A DNA stretch of 64,000 bases, from assembly GCA_017561715.1 (NCBI GenBank), contig JAFZBN010000011.1, forward strand, positions 18,294-82,293. The letters run 5' to 3'. Of the stretch, positions 9,735 through 18,425 are shown one piece after another. The DNA is from Clostridiales bacterium. Its GTDB lineage: Bacteria > Bacillota > Clostridia > Saccharofermentanales > Saccharofermentanaceae. The translations under genes and the position numbers were made by a program. Within the stretch, counting starts at the first letter, position 1, and each line of letters opens with the position of its first letter. The notes beneath the pieces are model-generated. The model did not search any database and had not been told where the DNA came from. It saw nothing but the letters and a program-made list of their open reading frames with translations.

Positions 9735-10988
9735 TCAGCCGAGTGTTCTTCCGATATCAGTTCTGTAGTGAGCTTTCTCAAAGGAGATCTTCTTGACGCC
9801 TTCGTAAGCGGAATCGATCGCTTCATCCATCGTCGCGCCGTCCGCGTAAACAACGAGAACACGTCCGCCCGCGGTCACGAGCTTTCCGTCCTTAAGAGCG
9901 GTACCTGCCTGGAATACGATGTGTCCGCACTCCTTGATACCTGTGATCTCATAGCCCTTGTCGTACTTTTCCGGATATCCGCCACTGGCCATTACGACAA
10001 CGCAGGAGCAGCCCGGCTTCCACTTAAGGTCGACCTGATCGAGCGTTCCGTCGATACAAGCGTCAACGAGCTCCATGAGGTCATTTTCCATTCGCGGCAG
10101 GATCGCCTGACATTCCGGATCACCGAAGCGAGCGTTGTACTCAACAACCTTCGCGCCTTCCTTTGTGAGCATAAGACCGAAGTAGATAACGCCCTTGAAC
10201 GGACGGCCTTCTGCGGCAAGAGCCTTTATGGTAGGTTCTACGATCGTATCGTAGATCTTCTTCTCATCTTCCGCTGTCAGATCAGCACCCGGTGTAACGG
10301 CACCCATACCGCCTGTGTTGAGGCCTTCGTCGTGGTCATAAGCACGCTTATGGTCACGGGATGTGATCATCGGGATAACTGTCTTACCATCGGCAAACGC
10401 AAGAAGCGTCATTTCCGGACCGACCATGCACTCCTCGATAACGACTGTGCTTCCGGATTTACCGAAAACACCTTCACTCATCATGGAGATGACTGCCTTC
10501 TTGGCTTCATCAAGTGTCTGTGCGATGATAACGCCCTTACCCAGAGCAAGTCCGTCCGCCTTGATAACGATCGGCATTTCCTGCGTCTCAAGATAAGCGA
10601 GTGCTTCATCCTGATTCGTAAATGTCTGATACTTCGCGGTCGGGATATTGTATTTCTTCATCAGTTCTTTGGAGAAAGCCTTGGACGCTTCGATGATCGC
10701 CGCGTTCTTATACGGACCGAAAGCACGAAGTCCTGCCTTTTCCATCTCATCGACCATACCCAGAGCGAGCGGGTCATCCGGTGCTACGAAAACAAGATCG
10801 AACTGTTCTTTCTTCGCGAATTCCACCATCGCGGGAACATCTGTTGCCTTGATCGGCACACATGTCGCGATCTCGGCGATACCGCCATTACCCGGTGCAC
10901 AATAAAGCTCCGTAACTCTCGGGCTCTGCTTAAGTTTCCAGCAAATTGCGTGTTCACGGCCACCGCCGCCTACTACTAATACCTTCAT
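9735..10988 (-). CDS. purD: Phosphoribosylamine--glycine ligase
   Basis: MKVLVVGGGGREHAICWKL... is the canonical PurD N-terminus, and an ATP-grasp core follows. The start is moved to the ATG at 10988, which has GGAGG 7 nt upstream; the track start at 11021 adds 11 unsupported residues. Confidence 0.93.
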   Translation of the reverse strand: MKVLVVGGGGREHAICWKLKQSPRVTELYCAPGNGGIAEIATCVPIKATDVPAMVEFAKKEQFDLVFVAPDDPLALGMVDEMEKAGLRAFGPYKNAAIIEASKAFSKELMKKYNIPTAKYQTFTNQDEALAYLETQEMPIVIKADGLALGKGVIIAQTLDEAKKAVISMMSEGVFGKSGSTVVIEECMVGPEMTLLAFADGKTVIPMITSRDHKRAYDHDEGLNTGGMGAVTPGADLTAEDEKKIYDTIVEPTIKALAAEGRPFKGVIYFGLMLTKEGAKVVEYNARFGDPECQAILPRMENDLMELVDACIDGTLDQVDLKWKPGCSCVVVMASGGYPEKYDKGYEITGIKECGHIVFQAGTALKDGKLVTAGGRVLVVYADGATMDEAIDSAYEGVKKISFEKAHYRTDIGRTLG

Positions 10989-11159
10989 GAATTGACCTCC
11001 GGGTATCAAAGACTTTTCCATCGGCGAGCAACATAATCACTTTCTCGCACGACAAATAATTATACCAAAACGGAGAGGAAAACGATATACTCTTACTCTA
11101 CGGCAAAGTATCCTCGCAATCACCCATACACGTAGTTCCTTTCAATGGCACCCTTGAAC

Positions 11160-11498
11160 TTAAATAAATAATGCCAACAAGCACACAATGAGAAGAGCTA
11201 CAGGAAGCACCGTCGATGAAATGATAATGCCTGCGATTCCAAAGTCTTTTCCCTTAAGAGTGCATTTCTTGGTCTCCTTGACTCCGAAATTGGACAAAAA
11301 CAGAGCAACTACCAAGCCCACGGAAAGCAATGTATAAACAAGAAATTCATTTTCTTCTTCTTTTTTCAGAAAGCCGAGGTACCTTCTGAAATTTCCGACA
11401 TCAGATATATAGAAAAAAAAGACTGCCGAACACAAAACCGCAAGAATAAATCCGATATAACACTTCCAGCTCTTTTCAAGTTTATTGTTCTCTGCCAT
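11160..11498 (-). CDS. Small integral membrane protein, unknown function
   Basis: About 112 aa with three hydrophobic segments. The ATG at 11498 has GGAGG 8 nt upstream; the track ORF begins at a TTG at 11513. It sits inside the pur operon between purH and purD. Confidence 0.5.
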   Translation of the reverse strand: MAENNKLEKSWKCYIGFILAVLCSAVFFFYISDVGNFRRYLGFLKKEEENEFLVYTLLSVGLVVALFLSNFGVKETKKCTLKGKDFGIAGIIISSTVLPVALLIVCLLALFI

Positions 11499-11616
11499 AT
11501 CCGATACCTCCAAACCAACACCCTAACCTGCCCCAATTATACAACAAAACACCCTGAACGAAAGAAAGGTGTCCTTCTCCCATTCAGGGTGTTCGATTCA
11601 TTTGTCTTACAGTGCT

Positions 11617-11790
11617 TTAAGGTTTTTCTGATTCAACAGAATCCTCTGTTGCCTCTTCTAACTGCTGTACTTCAGTTTTCTGAGCGGTGCTCTCATTATA
11701 ATCTTGTGGCGGGCCGTAATGACATGCCGTCAGATTAAGTGCTGCAATGAAGACAGCGCTGCCGACAAGTATCACCTTTGATTTTTTCAC
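11617..11790 (-). CDS. Small lipoprotein (57 aa), below the ORF-track size cut-off
   Basis: Hand translation gives (GTG)MKKSKVILVGSAVFIAALNLTACHYGPPQDYNESTAQKTEVQQLEEATEDSVESEKP*. It has a signal peptide plus lipobox L-T-A-C, and GGAGG 9 nt upstream of the GTG. Confidence 0.5.
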   Translation of the reverse strand: MKKSKVILVGSAVFIAALNLTACHYGPPQDYNESTAQKTEVQQLEEATEDSVESEKP

Positions 11791-11814
11791 GTCCCCTTAC
11801 CTCCGTATAGAAAC

Positions 11815-13359
11815 TTAATGTCTGAAGTGACGAACTCCTGTGAAGAGCATCGAGATGCCGTACTTATCGCAAGCGTCGATGGACTCCTGGTCACGGATGG
11901 ATCCGCCCGGCTGAACGATCGCCGTGATGCCGTACTCGTGAGCTGTCTCTACGCAGTCAGAGAACGGGAAGAAAGCGTCGGAACCGAGGATCGCGCCCTT
12001 GGCCTTCTCACCTGCGAAATCCAGAGCGATCTTAGCAGCACCTACACGGTTTGTCTGGCCGGGGCCGACACCGAGTGTCTGCTTGTTCTTAACAACAACG
12101 ATACCGTTAGACTTAACGTGCTTAACGACCTTCATGGCAAAGAGCATGTCGTCCTTGAGAGCCGGATCGATCTCTGTCTTTGTAACTGTCTTGAGTTCTG
12201 CCTCGTCGTAGATTCCACGGTCGTGATCCTGAACGAGGAGACCGCCGTTAACGCGCTTGTAGTTGTACTCACCCTCCGGGATCGGAGCAGCGATATCCGG
12301 CAGAACGAGAACTCTAAGGTTCTTCTTTGCGCAGAGGATATCGAGAGCTTCCTGTGTGTAGGACGGAGCAACGATGACTTCGAGGAAGATCTTCGCCATC
12401 TCTTCCGCTGTCTTACCGTCGATCTCGCGGTTGGCAGCTACGATACCGCCGAAGATGGATACGGAGTCAGCCTCGTAAGCCTTGACCCATGCATCGTAGA
12501 TATTGTCAGCGGAACCGACGCCGCACGGATTTGCGTGCTTAACGGCAACAACTGTCGGCTCGTCGAATTCCTTGAGGCAGTTGATGGTAGCGTCTGTGTC
12601 GGAAATGTTGTTGTAGGAAAGTTCCTTACCGTTGAGCTGCTTGGCTTCTGCGAGGGAACCCTTGACCGGCAGAGCGTTCTGGAAGAATGTCGCCTTCTGG
12701 TGCGGGTTCTCACCGTAACGCATCTCAGCTACCTTATCAAACGTAACTGTGTACTGCTTCGGCAGAGTCTTATCTTCGGATACGGAAAGGAAGTAGTTAG
12801 CGATCAGAGCATCGTAAGCAGCTGTGTGCTCGAATACCTTCTTAGCGAGCTTGAAACGTGTCTCGTAAGTTGTATCGCCTGTAGCTCTCATCTCGGAAAG
12901 GACCTGCTCGTAATCTTCAGGATCTGTGATTACGGTTACGTCCTTGTGGTTCTTAGCAGCTGCACGAAGCATGGACGGACCACCGATATCGATGTTCTCG
13001 ACGCACTCTTCAAAAGCAACGCCCGGCTTCTGGATAGTCGCCTTGAAAGGATAGAGGTTAACAACGATCATGTCGATCAGACCGATGCCGAGCTCTTCTA
13101 CTCTCTTCATGTGCTCCGGGTTACCGCGCATAGCGAGGATACCACCGTGGAGGAGCGGGTGCAGTGTCTTAACACGTCCGTCGAGGCACTCCGGGAAACC
13201 TGTGACTTCGGAAACTTCCTTACACGGGATGCCCTCCTTCTCGAGAAGCTTTGCAGTACCGCCTGTAGAGAGGATCTCTACGTTCAGTTCTACGAGTTTT
13301 CTGGCAAAATCGGCAATGCCTGTTTTGTCGGATACACTGATAATCGCTCTTTTAATCAT
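11815..13359 (-). CDS. purH: Bifunctional AICAR formyltransferase / IMP cyclohydrolase
   Basis: 514 aa. MIKRAIISVSDKTGI...LSTGGTAK... is the MGS-like IMPCH domain, followed by the AICARFT domain. Confidence 0.95.
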   Translation of the reverse strand: MIKRAIISVSDKTGIADFARKLVELNVEILSTGGTAKLLEKEGIPCKEVSEVTGFPECLDGRVKTLHPLLHGGILAMRGNPEHMKRVEELGIGLIDMIVVNLYPFKATIQKPGVAFEECVENIDIGGPSMLRAAAKNHKDVTVITDPEDYEQVLSEMRATGDTTYETRFKLAKKVFEHTAAYDALIANYFLSVSEDKTLPKQYTVTFDKVAEMRYGENPHQKATFFQNALPVKGSLAEAKQLNGKELSYNNISDTDATINCLKEFDEPTVVAVKHANPCGVGSADNIYDAWVKAYEADSVSIFGGIVAANREIDGKTAEEMAKIFLEVIVAPSYTQEALDILCAKKNLRVLVLPDIAAPIPEGEYNYKRVNGGLLVQDHDRGIYDEAELKTVTKTEIDPALKDDMLFAMKVVKHVKSNGIVVVKNKQTLGVGPGQTNRVGAAKIALDFAGEKAKGAILGSDAFFPFSDCVETAHEYGITAIVQPGGSIRDQESIDACDKYGISMLFTGVRHFRH

Positions 13360-13380
13360 AAAAACATCCTTTCCGAACCA

Positions 13381-13998
13381 TTACTTTTTGGTTCTAACCA
13401 AATTATTAACTACTTCGATCTTACCGTCGGCGATGAGCTGGATCGCTTTCGGGAGGATAACCTGTTCACATTCCACCATGATGCGCTTCTGAAGTGTTTC
13501 CGGTGTGTCGTCTTCTCTTACGTCGACGGCCTTCTGCAGAATGATCGGGCCTTCGTCGTAATGTTCATTTACGAAATGCACCGTCGCGCCGGACACTTTT
13601 ACGCCCTTTGCCAGAACAGCTTCGTGCGGGCGGATGCCGTACATGCCCTTACCGCAGAACGCCGGGATCAGGGCCGGGTGGATATTGATAATGCGGTTTG
13701 CGTAAGCCGCGACCGTCTTCGGGCCGAGCATGGAGAGGAATCCGGCCAGAACGACCAGGTCCACACCGAGACTGTTGAGTTCGGTAAGTGTGGCATCGTC
13801 GTAATCGTCGCCGAGCACTTTCTTGCTGATGACTTTGCTCGGGATCCCCGCCTTCTTTGCTCTTTCGATGGCAAAAGCACTTTCGTTGCTCGCGATGACT
13901 TCGGAGATCTCGACATTTCGGATCTCTCCGCTTGCGATCTTATCAATGATCGCCTGCAGGTTCGTACCGCCGCCGCTGACAAAAACTGCTATCTTCAT
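13381..13998 (-). CDS. purN: Phosphoribosylglycinamide formyltransferase
   Basis: MKIAVFVSGGGTNLQAIID...NIHPALIP... The start is set at the ATG at 13998, which has AAGGAG upstream. The track ORF is extended 53 codons into the purF 3' end. Confidence 0.9.
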   Translation of the reverse strand: MKIAVFVSGGGTNLQAIIDKIASGEIRNVEISEVIASNESAFAIERAKKAGIPSKVISKKVLGDDYDDATLTELNSLGVDLVVLAGFLSMLGPKTVAAYANRIINIHPALIPAFCGKGMYGIRPHEAVLAKGVKVSGATVHFVNEHYDEGPIILQKAVDVREDDTPETLQKRIMVECEQVILPKAIQLIADGKIEVVNNLVRTKK

Positions 13999-14008
13999 TC
14001 TATGCTCC

Positions 14009-15433
14009 TTAGATCTTGTGCGGAGAATCTTCGCCGCTGTTGCTCGGAACGCCTGCCGGGAAGATACCGTCGAAGCATGCGGAGCAGTGACCGCAAAGCG
14101 CGCCCTCTGTAGAAGCCTTGAGGCCCTCGAGGCTGACATAACCGAGAGAATCGGCACCCAGCATATCGCGGATCTCTTCTACACTCATCTTACGTGCCGG
14201 AAGCATATCTGCCTCAGAAGCGGATACACCGTAGTAGCACGGGAACTTGACCGGCGGAGAAGCGACACGGAGGTGAACCTCCTTCGCGCCTTCCTCACGC
14301 AGGAAGGAGATGATGTGCTTCGTTGTCGTACCACGAACGACGGAGTCGTCGACGATAACGATCTTCTTGCCCTTAACGGCTGTCTTCAGAACGGAGAACT
14401 TAAGGCGTACGGCCATTTCACGAGCGGCCTGTGTGCCCTCGATGAAGGTTCTACCTACGTAACGGTTCTTAAGAAGCGCCTGTCCGTAAGGAATGCCGCT
14501 TTCAAAAGCGTAACCGATCGCGGCCGCGATACCGGAGTCCGGAGCCGCAACAACGAGGTCTGCGTCACAGGGGTTCTCACGAGCCAGAGCGCGTCCTGTC
14601 TGAACACGGGACTCATAAACGGAAGTGCCGTCGATGAAACTGTCCGGTCTTGCCAGATAAACGAACTCAAAGATACAGAGCTTGCCGTTCTTGTGAGCGT
14701 CGCACTCAGGTACTGTATAAATGGAAGAATAACCTTCTTCAGTGATCGTAATGATCTCACCCGGAAGTACGTCACGGATGGTCTCGGCGCCGATGGCGTC
14801 AAACGCGCAGTTCTCGGAAGCCAGAAGATACATATCGTCTTTCTTACCGAGTACCAGCGGACGAAGGCCGAGCGGGTCACGAACACCGATGATACGGTCT
14901 TCGCTCATAAGAAGGATTGCGTAAGCGCCCTTGATCTCGCCCATCATCTTCTGGATCGCGCCCTCGAGAGAATCAGAAGATACGCGGTTTCTTGCAAGAA
15001 GTGAAAGCAGTACTTCGAAGTCTGCTGTCGTCTGGAAGATCGCGCCGATCTCCTTTAAAGAATCACGAAGCTCATCCGCGTTCAGGATCGAACCGTTGAT
15101 GGAGATCGCCAGCTGACCGCTGTGGGACTTGATCTGCATCGGCTGAACGACGTCATATCCGCTCTCGTTCGGAGCCGGAGTTCTGACGTGACCGATGGCC
15201 GCGTGTCCGGTCAGTGTGCCGAGGTGCAGATCGTCAAATACGTCTGCTACCAGGCCGTGTGCCTTGTGGCCGAGGAACTGGCCGTCGTGATTGACTACGA
15301 TACCTGCGGAGGCCTGGCCTCTGTGCTGCAGTGAGAAGATACCGTAGTACGTGAGTTTGGAGATGTCGGGATTGGTCTTCTTCGTATCAAAGATACCGAA
15401 TACGCCGCATTCTTCCTGGATCTTTCTGCTCAT
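14009..15433 (-). CDS. purF: Amidophosphoribosyltransferase
   Basis: MSRKIQEECGVFGIFD contains the N-terminal nucleophile Cys, followed by a PRTase motif (VIVDDSVVRGTT). The start at 15433 is preceded by GGGGGAG overlapping the purE stop. Confidence 0.93.
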   Translation of the reverse strand: MSRKIQEECGVFGIFDTKKTNPDISKLTYYGIFSLQHRGQASAGIVVNHDGQFLGHKAHGLVADVFDDLHLGTLTGHAAIGHVRTPAPNESGYDVVQPMQIKSHSGQLAISINGSILNADELRDSLKEIGAIFQTTADFEVLLSLLARNRVSSDSLEGAIQKMMGEIKGAYAILLMSEDRIIGVRDPLGLRPLVLGKKDDMYLLASENCAFDAIGAETIRDVLPGEIITITEEGYSSIYTVPECDAHKNGKLCIFEFVYLARPDSFIDGTSVYESRVQTGRALARENPCDADLVVAAPDSGIAAAIGYAFESGIPYGQALLKNRYVGRTFIEGTQAAREMAVRLKFSVLKTAVKGKKIVIVDDSVVRGTTTKHIISFLREEGAKEVHLRVASPPVKFPCYYGVSASEADMLPARKMSVEEIRDMLGADSLGYVSLEGLKASTEGALCGHCSACFDGIFPAGVPSNSGEDSPHKI

Positions 15434-15437
15434 ACCT

Positions 15438-15941
15438 TTACTCCCCCAGATTTGCAATTTTTTCCTGAAGGCGTGCGTCTCTCTCCGCTACCGAAGAGGC
15501 AAGGCCCGCCTTATACTCTACTAACTTCTTGCTGAGCGCTTCATCACTTAAAGCCAGCATCTGTGCGGCAAGAATCGCCGCGTTAGAGCCGCCGTCGATG
15601 GCGACTGTCGCAACCGGAATTCCCGTCGGCATCTGAACGACCGCGTAGAGAGCATCTACGCCGTGCAGTGCCCCACCCTTACAGGGAACACCGATGACCG
15701 GTAAAACAGTATGGGCAGCGATCACGCCGGCCAAATGAGCCGCCAGTCCTGCTGCCGCAATAATTACACTATATCCGTCTTCTTTCGCCGAAGCAGCGAT
15801 CTTTGCTGCGAGATCCGGCGTTCTGTGTGCCGAGCACACCTTCGCGTCAAAAGCGATATCGAACTTCTTCAGGAGCTTAAAACAGCCCTCCATAACCGGA
15901 AAATCCGAGTCACTGCCCATAACGACAAGAACTTTTGCCAT
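15438..15941 (-). CDS. purE: 5-(carboxyamino)imidazole ribonucleotide mutase
   Basis: 167 aa with VLVVMGSDSDFPVM...AAGLAAHLAGVIAAHTVLPVIGVP, the canonical PurE core. RBS AGGAGG upstream. Confidence 0.93.
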   Translation of the reverse strand: MAKVLVVMGSDSDFPVMEGCFKLLKKFDIAFDAKVCSAHRTPDLAAKIAASAKEDGYSVIIAAAGLAAHLAGVIAAHTVLPVIGVPCKGGALHGVDALYAVVQMPTGIPVATVAIDGGSNAAILAAQMLALSDEALSKKLVEYKAGLASSVAERDARLQEKIANLGE

Positions 15942-15988
15942 GCTACTATCCTCCTACTAAAAACAGAACAGACCTATTATAAAACAAA

Positions 15989-16037
15989 AAGTGCTTTCAC
16001 GGACATTAGATTTTTTGATTTTTCCGTAAAAGCACTT
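15989..16037 (-). promoter_or_regulatory. Long hairpin in the purE leader/promoter region, followed by a T-run on the minus strand
   Basis: On the minus strand the 14-nt arms AAGTGCTTTTACGG and CCGTGAAAGCACTT (13 Watson-Crick pairs plus one G-T wobble) flank a 21-nt loop, followed by TTTTTGTTTTATAAT. It could be an attenuator, an operator, or the terminator of the upstream capA-like gene. Confidence 0.45.
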
Positions 16038-16103
16038 ACTTTTCTCGAACATATTTGTCGCGGCAGCCGAAAGCCCCTCTGCCGCAGGAAAAAGAGCCGA
16101 TTT

Positions 16104-17210
16104 CTACTCGTTTTCGTCTGACCAGTGGAGCTTCTCCATAACGCGATCATACTCCTCTGTCCCCTTCTCGTAGGGCATCGGGCAGTAGTCGTTGCCCGAG
16201 GAGGACGATCTCATGGAAAACGGGATGCACTCCATGCGGTTTCCTACGACCTTTCCCTCGAATACCGAGAAGGTGCACTGGAAGATCGCCGTATCCGGAT
16301 CGGAAAGCCACGGCTGGCCGCCGAAGCAGAAATTCGATTCACTGTAGATGATGTATTTTCCGTTATAGTACTCGACCGGCTGGAGTCTGTGCGGATGAGA
16401 TCCGACATAGATGTCCGCGCCGTAGTCGATGATGTCGTGGGCAAGTTCGATCGCCGCCGCTTCCGGCTCATACATCCTCTCTACACCGATATGGCAGGAG
16501 ATGATGACGATATCGCAGCCCTTTTCGCGCAGAACGTCGATCGCGTTATAGTAAAGGGATCTTTCATAGGTGAAGTTAAAACCGGCCATACCGATCTTAA
16601 CGCCCTTGACCTCATAAACGTTGTAGTAACTGTTGTCGCTCCAGACGATCCCCGCATCTTCCAAGACCTTTCTTGTCTCCAGATGGCCGTCCTCGGTATA
16701 GTCGAGCATGTGGTTATTGGCCAGGTTACAGCACTCGACGCTTCCGAGTTTCAGGCATTCGACATACTTCGGATCGCCCTTTAAGTAGATCTCACGCTCC
16801 GGACGAAGGTTATTGGAAGAAGTCAAAGGTCCCTCGAGATTACAAAGCGTCATATCATCGGCTTCGAGATAAGGCAGTGCTTTTGAAAAAGGATAAGCGT
16901 AATTGTCGCCGACCAGGGATGTGAAGCAATAGGACTGGCCCATGTGCACGCGCTGCTCACCGAGCGTGGTATCACCGATAAAGCTGATCTTGATCTCCGT
17001 CGGTGTCGGCTCAGGTGTCGGTGTCGGTGTGGGAGTTTCCGTCGGAAGCGGAGTCGGAGTCGGCGTTGCCGGGACCGTGCTCTCGGTCGTAGCGGAATTA
17101 TCGGAAGATACAGGAGAATTGGAGGTGTTTTTGTCCTTGCCCGTGTTTTTACAGGAGCAAAGCAGCGCAATGATCAGAAATATTGCCAAAAAACGGGTCT
17201 TCCTTCTCAA
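16104..17210 (-). CDS. CapA-family (PGA_cap metallophosphatase-like) lipoprotein
   Basis: TTG start with GAGGTGA upstream. Signal peptide ending in the lipobox LLCSC, then a Thr/Pro-rich linker. FIGDTTLG, NLEGPLT and NLANNH motifs match the CapA/PgsA family. Confidence 0.8.
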   Translation of the reverse strand: MRRKTRFLAIFLIIALLCSCKNTGKDKNTSNSPVSSDNSATTESTVPATPTPTPLPTETPTPTPTPEPTPTEIKISFIGDTTLGEQRVHMGQSYCFTSLVGDNYAYPFSKALPYLEADDMTLCNLEGPLTSSNNLRPEREIYLKGDPKYVECLKLGSVECCNLANNHMLDYTEDGHLETRKVLEDAGIVWSDNSYYNVYEVKGVKIGMAGFNFTYERSLYYNAIDVLREKGCDIVIISCHIGVERMYEPEAAAIELAHDIIDYGADIYVGSHPHRLQPVEYYNGKYIIYSESNFCFGGQPWLSDPDTAIFQCTFSVFEGKVVGNRMECIPFSMRSSSSGNDYCPMPYEKGTEEYDRVMEKLHWSDENE

Positions 17211-17450
17211 AATCGTTCACCTCATACGAAATCCGTAATAAGTTTACCAAACCTCAAAAAAAGAAGAAACACTTTTTTGCTTCAAATTGTTCGATTATCT
17301 AAATAAGTTTTTATATATGTGTGTCGCCGTTCACAAAATTGATACAATTTTTTTTGCAGTTATTAGCAAATAGTACTAGCATTCGCGCGAAAATAAGTGC
17401 ATAATCAGTATAGAAACTACAAGTAATCTTAAAAGAAAGGGGCGATCCGG

Positions 17451-17792
17451 ATGGCAAAGATTGATAGATTAACAGAAAAGATCGAGAAACTCGGTAAGAA
17501 GCAGAATCTGGGTGCGCTGTTAAAGATGATAGATGACCCGGAGGACGAGGTTCGTGTAGCGGTCGCAAAAGCAATGGGACAGATCAGCACATATGAATCA
17601 GGAATGCAGTTGATTCCTCTTTTCCGTGATACGTCCCCGATCGTAAGAGCTGCTGCTGCAGAGTCTGCCGGTTTGATCAATGCCAAGCATTGTGAAGAAT
17701 ACCTTAAGAAACTGGCATTCGCTGATTCCGATCCGAGCGTACGAGCAGTCGCAAGAGAAGCTTACGACAAGATGAAGACTCGTGTAGTTTGA
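17451..17792 (+). CDS. HEAT-repeat protein (PBS-lyase HEAT-like)
   Basis: 113 aa with three repeats of D-x-(D/S)-P-x-VR-x-A-(A/V)-A: DDPEDEVRVAVAKAMG, DTSPIVRAAAAESAG and DSDPSVRAVAREA. Confidence 0.7.
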   Translation: MAKIDRLTEKIEKLGKKQNLGALLKMIDDPEDEVRVAVAKAMGQISTYESGMQLIPLFRDTSPIVRAAAAESAGLINAKHCEEYLKKLAFADSDPSVRAVAREAYDKMKTRVV

Positions 17793-17872
17793 TTAATCGA
17801 TTAGTAAAAAGCGTGGGGATCGCTGCAGAATAGCAACGATCCCTATTTTTTTGTTTTGAAAGGAGATCTCTC

Positions 17873-18070
17873 ATGAAGATTGAACTGAACCCCGATGAGA
17901 AAGTCGTCGCCGCAGTCAAGGAAGGTTTGAAGCAAAAGGGCGGCTACTGCCCTTGCCGGCTGGAAAAGACAGAAGATACCAAGTGCATGTGCAAAGAATT
18001 CAGAGACCAGATCGCCGATCCGGACTTCGAAGGATTTTGCCACTGCATGTTATACTATAAAAGAAAATAA
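17873..18070 (+). CDS. Short ferredoxin-thioredoxin reductase catalytic-subunit-like protein (65 aa)
   Basis: The Cys pattern CPC-x9-CMC-x15-CHC resembles the FTR catalytic chain Fe-S/disulfide motif. RBS AAAGGAG upstream. It lies 17 nt upstream of trxA. Confidence 0.6.
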   Translation: MKIELNPDEKVVAAVKEGLKQKGGYCPCRLEKTEDTKCMCKEFRDQIADPDFEGFCHCMLYYKRK

Positions 18071-18087
18071 GGAAAAGGAGATCCAAC

Positions 18088-18402
18088 ATGGCTGAGATCA
18101 CATTGACCAAAGATAATTTCGAGCAGGAAGTTCTGAAGGCTTCCCTCCCCGTCGTCGTCGATTTCTGGGCAACCTGGTGCGGACCGTGCCAGATGCTTGG
18201 TCCCGTTCTCGAAGAAGTTGCCAATGAAAACGAAGGCAAGTTCATCGTCGGTAAAGTAAACGTGGACGATCAGGTCGAGCTTGCGATGCAGTATAAGGTC
18301 GCCAGCATCCCGACGCTTCTCGTTTTCGAAAACGGCGAAGTTACGAAAAAGACAATGGGCTTCATGCCGAAAGACAGGCTCCTGGACTTCATCAATAACT
18401 GA
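18088..18402 (+). CDS. trxA: Thioredoxin
   Basis: 104 aa with the WCGPC active site (DFWATWCGPCQMLGP). Confidence 0.92.
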   Translation: MAEITLTKDNFEQEVLKASLPVVVDFWATWCGPCQMLGPVLEEVANENEGKFIVGKVNVDDQVELAMQYKVASIPTLLVFENGEVTKKTMGFMPKDRLLDFINN

Positions 18403-18425
18403 AAGTAATAAAGGAGTTATCTTGC

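Noticed and set aside
11818-14112. Very long ORFs antisense to confident genes. Examples: 11818..14112 (764 aa), 28503..30254 (583 aa), 33499..35235 (578 aa), 42288..43727, 60720..62141, 49236..50555, 9768..10979, 13823..15004, 39155..40345, 715..1824, 6598..7566 and 52317..53165.
   Set aside because: Each lies opposite a gene with clear family motifs and a good RBS. Their products are Arg/Asp/His/Val-rich low-complexity strings with no recognisable domains or RBS. This is the usual stop-codon-poor shadow frame of genes with strong codon bias.
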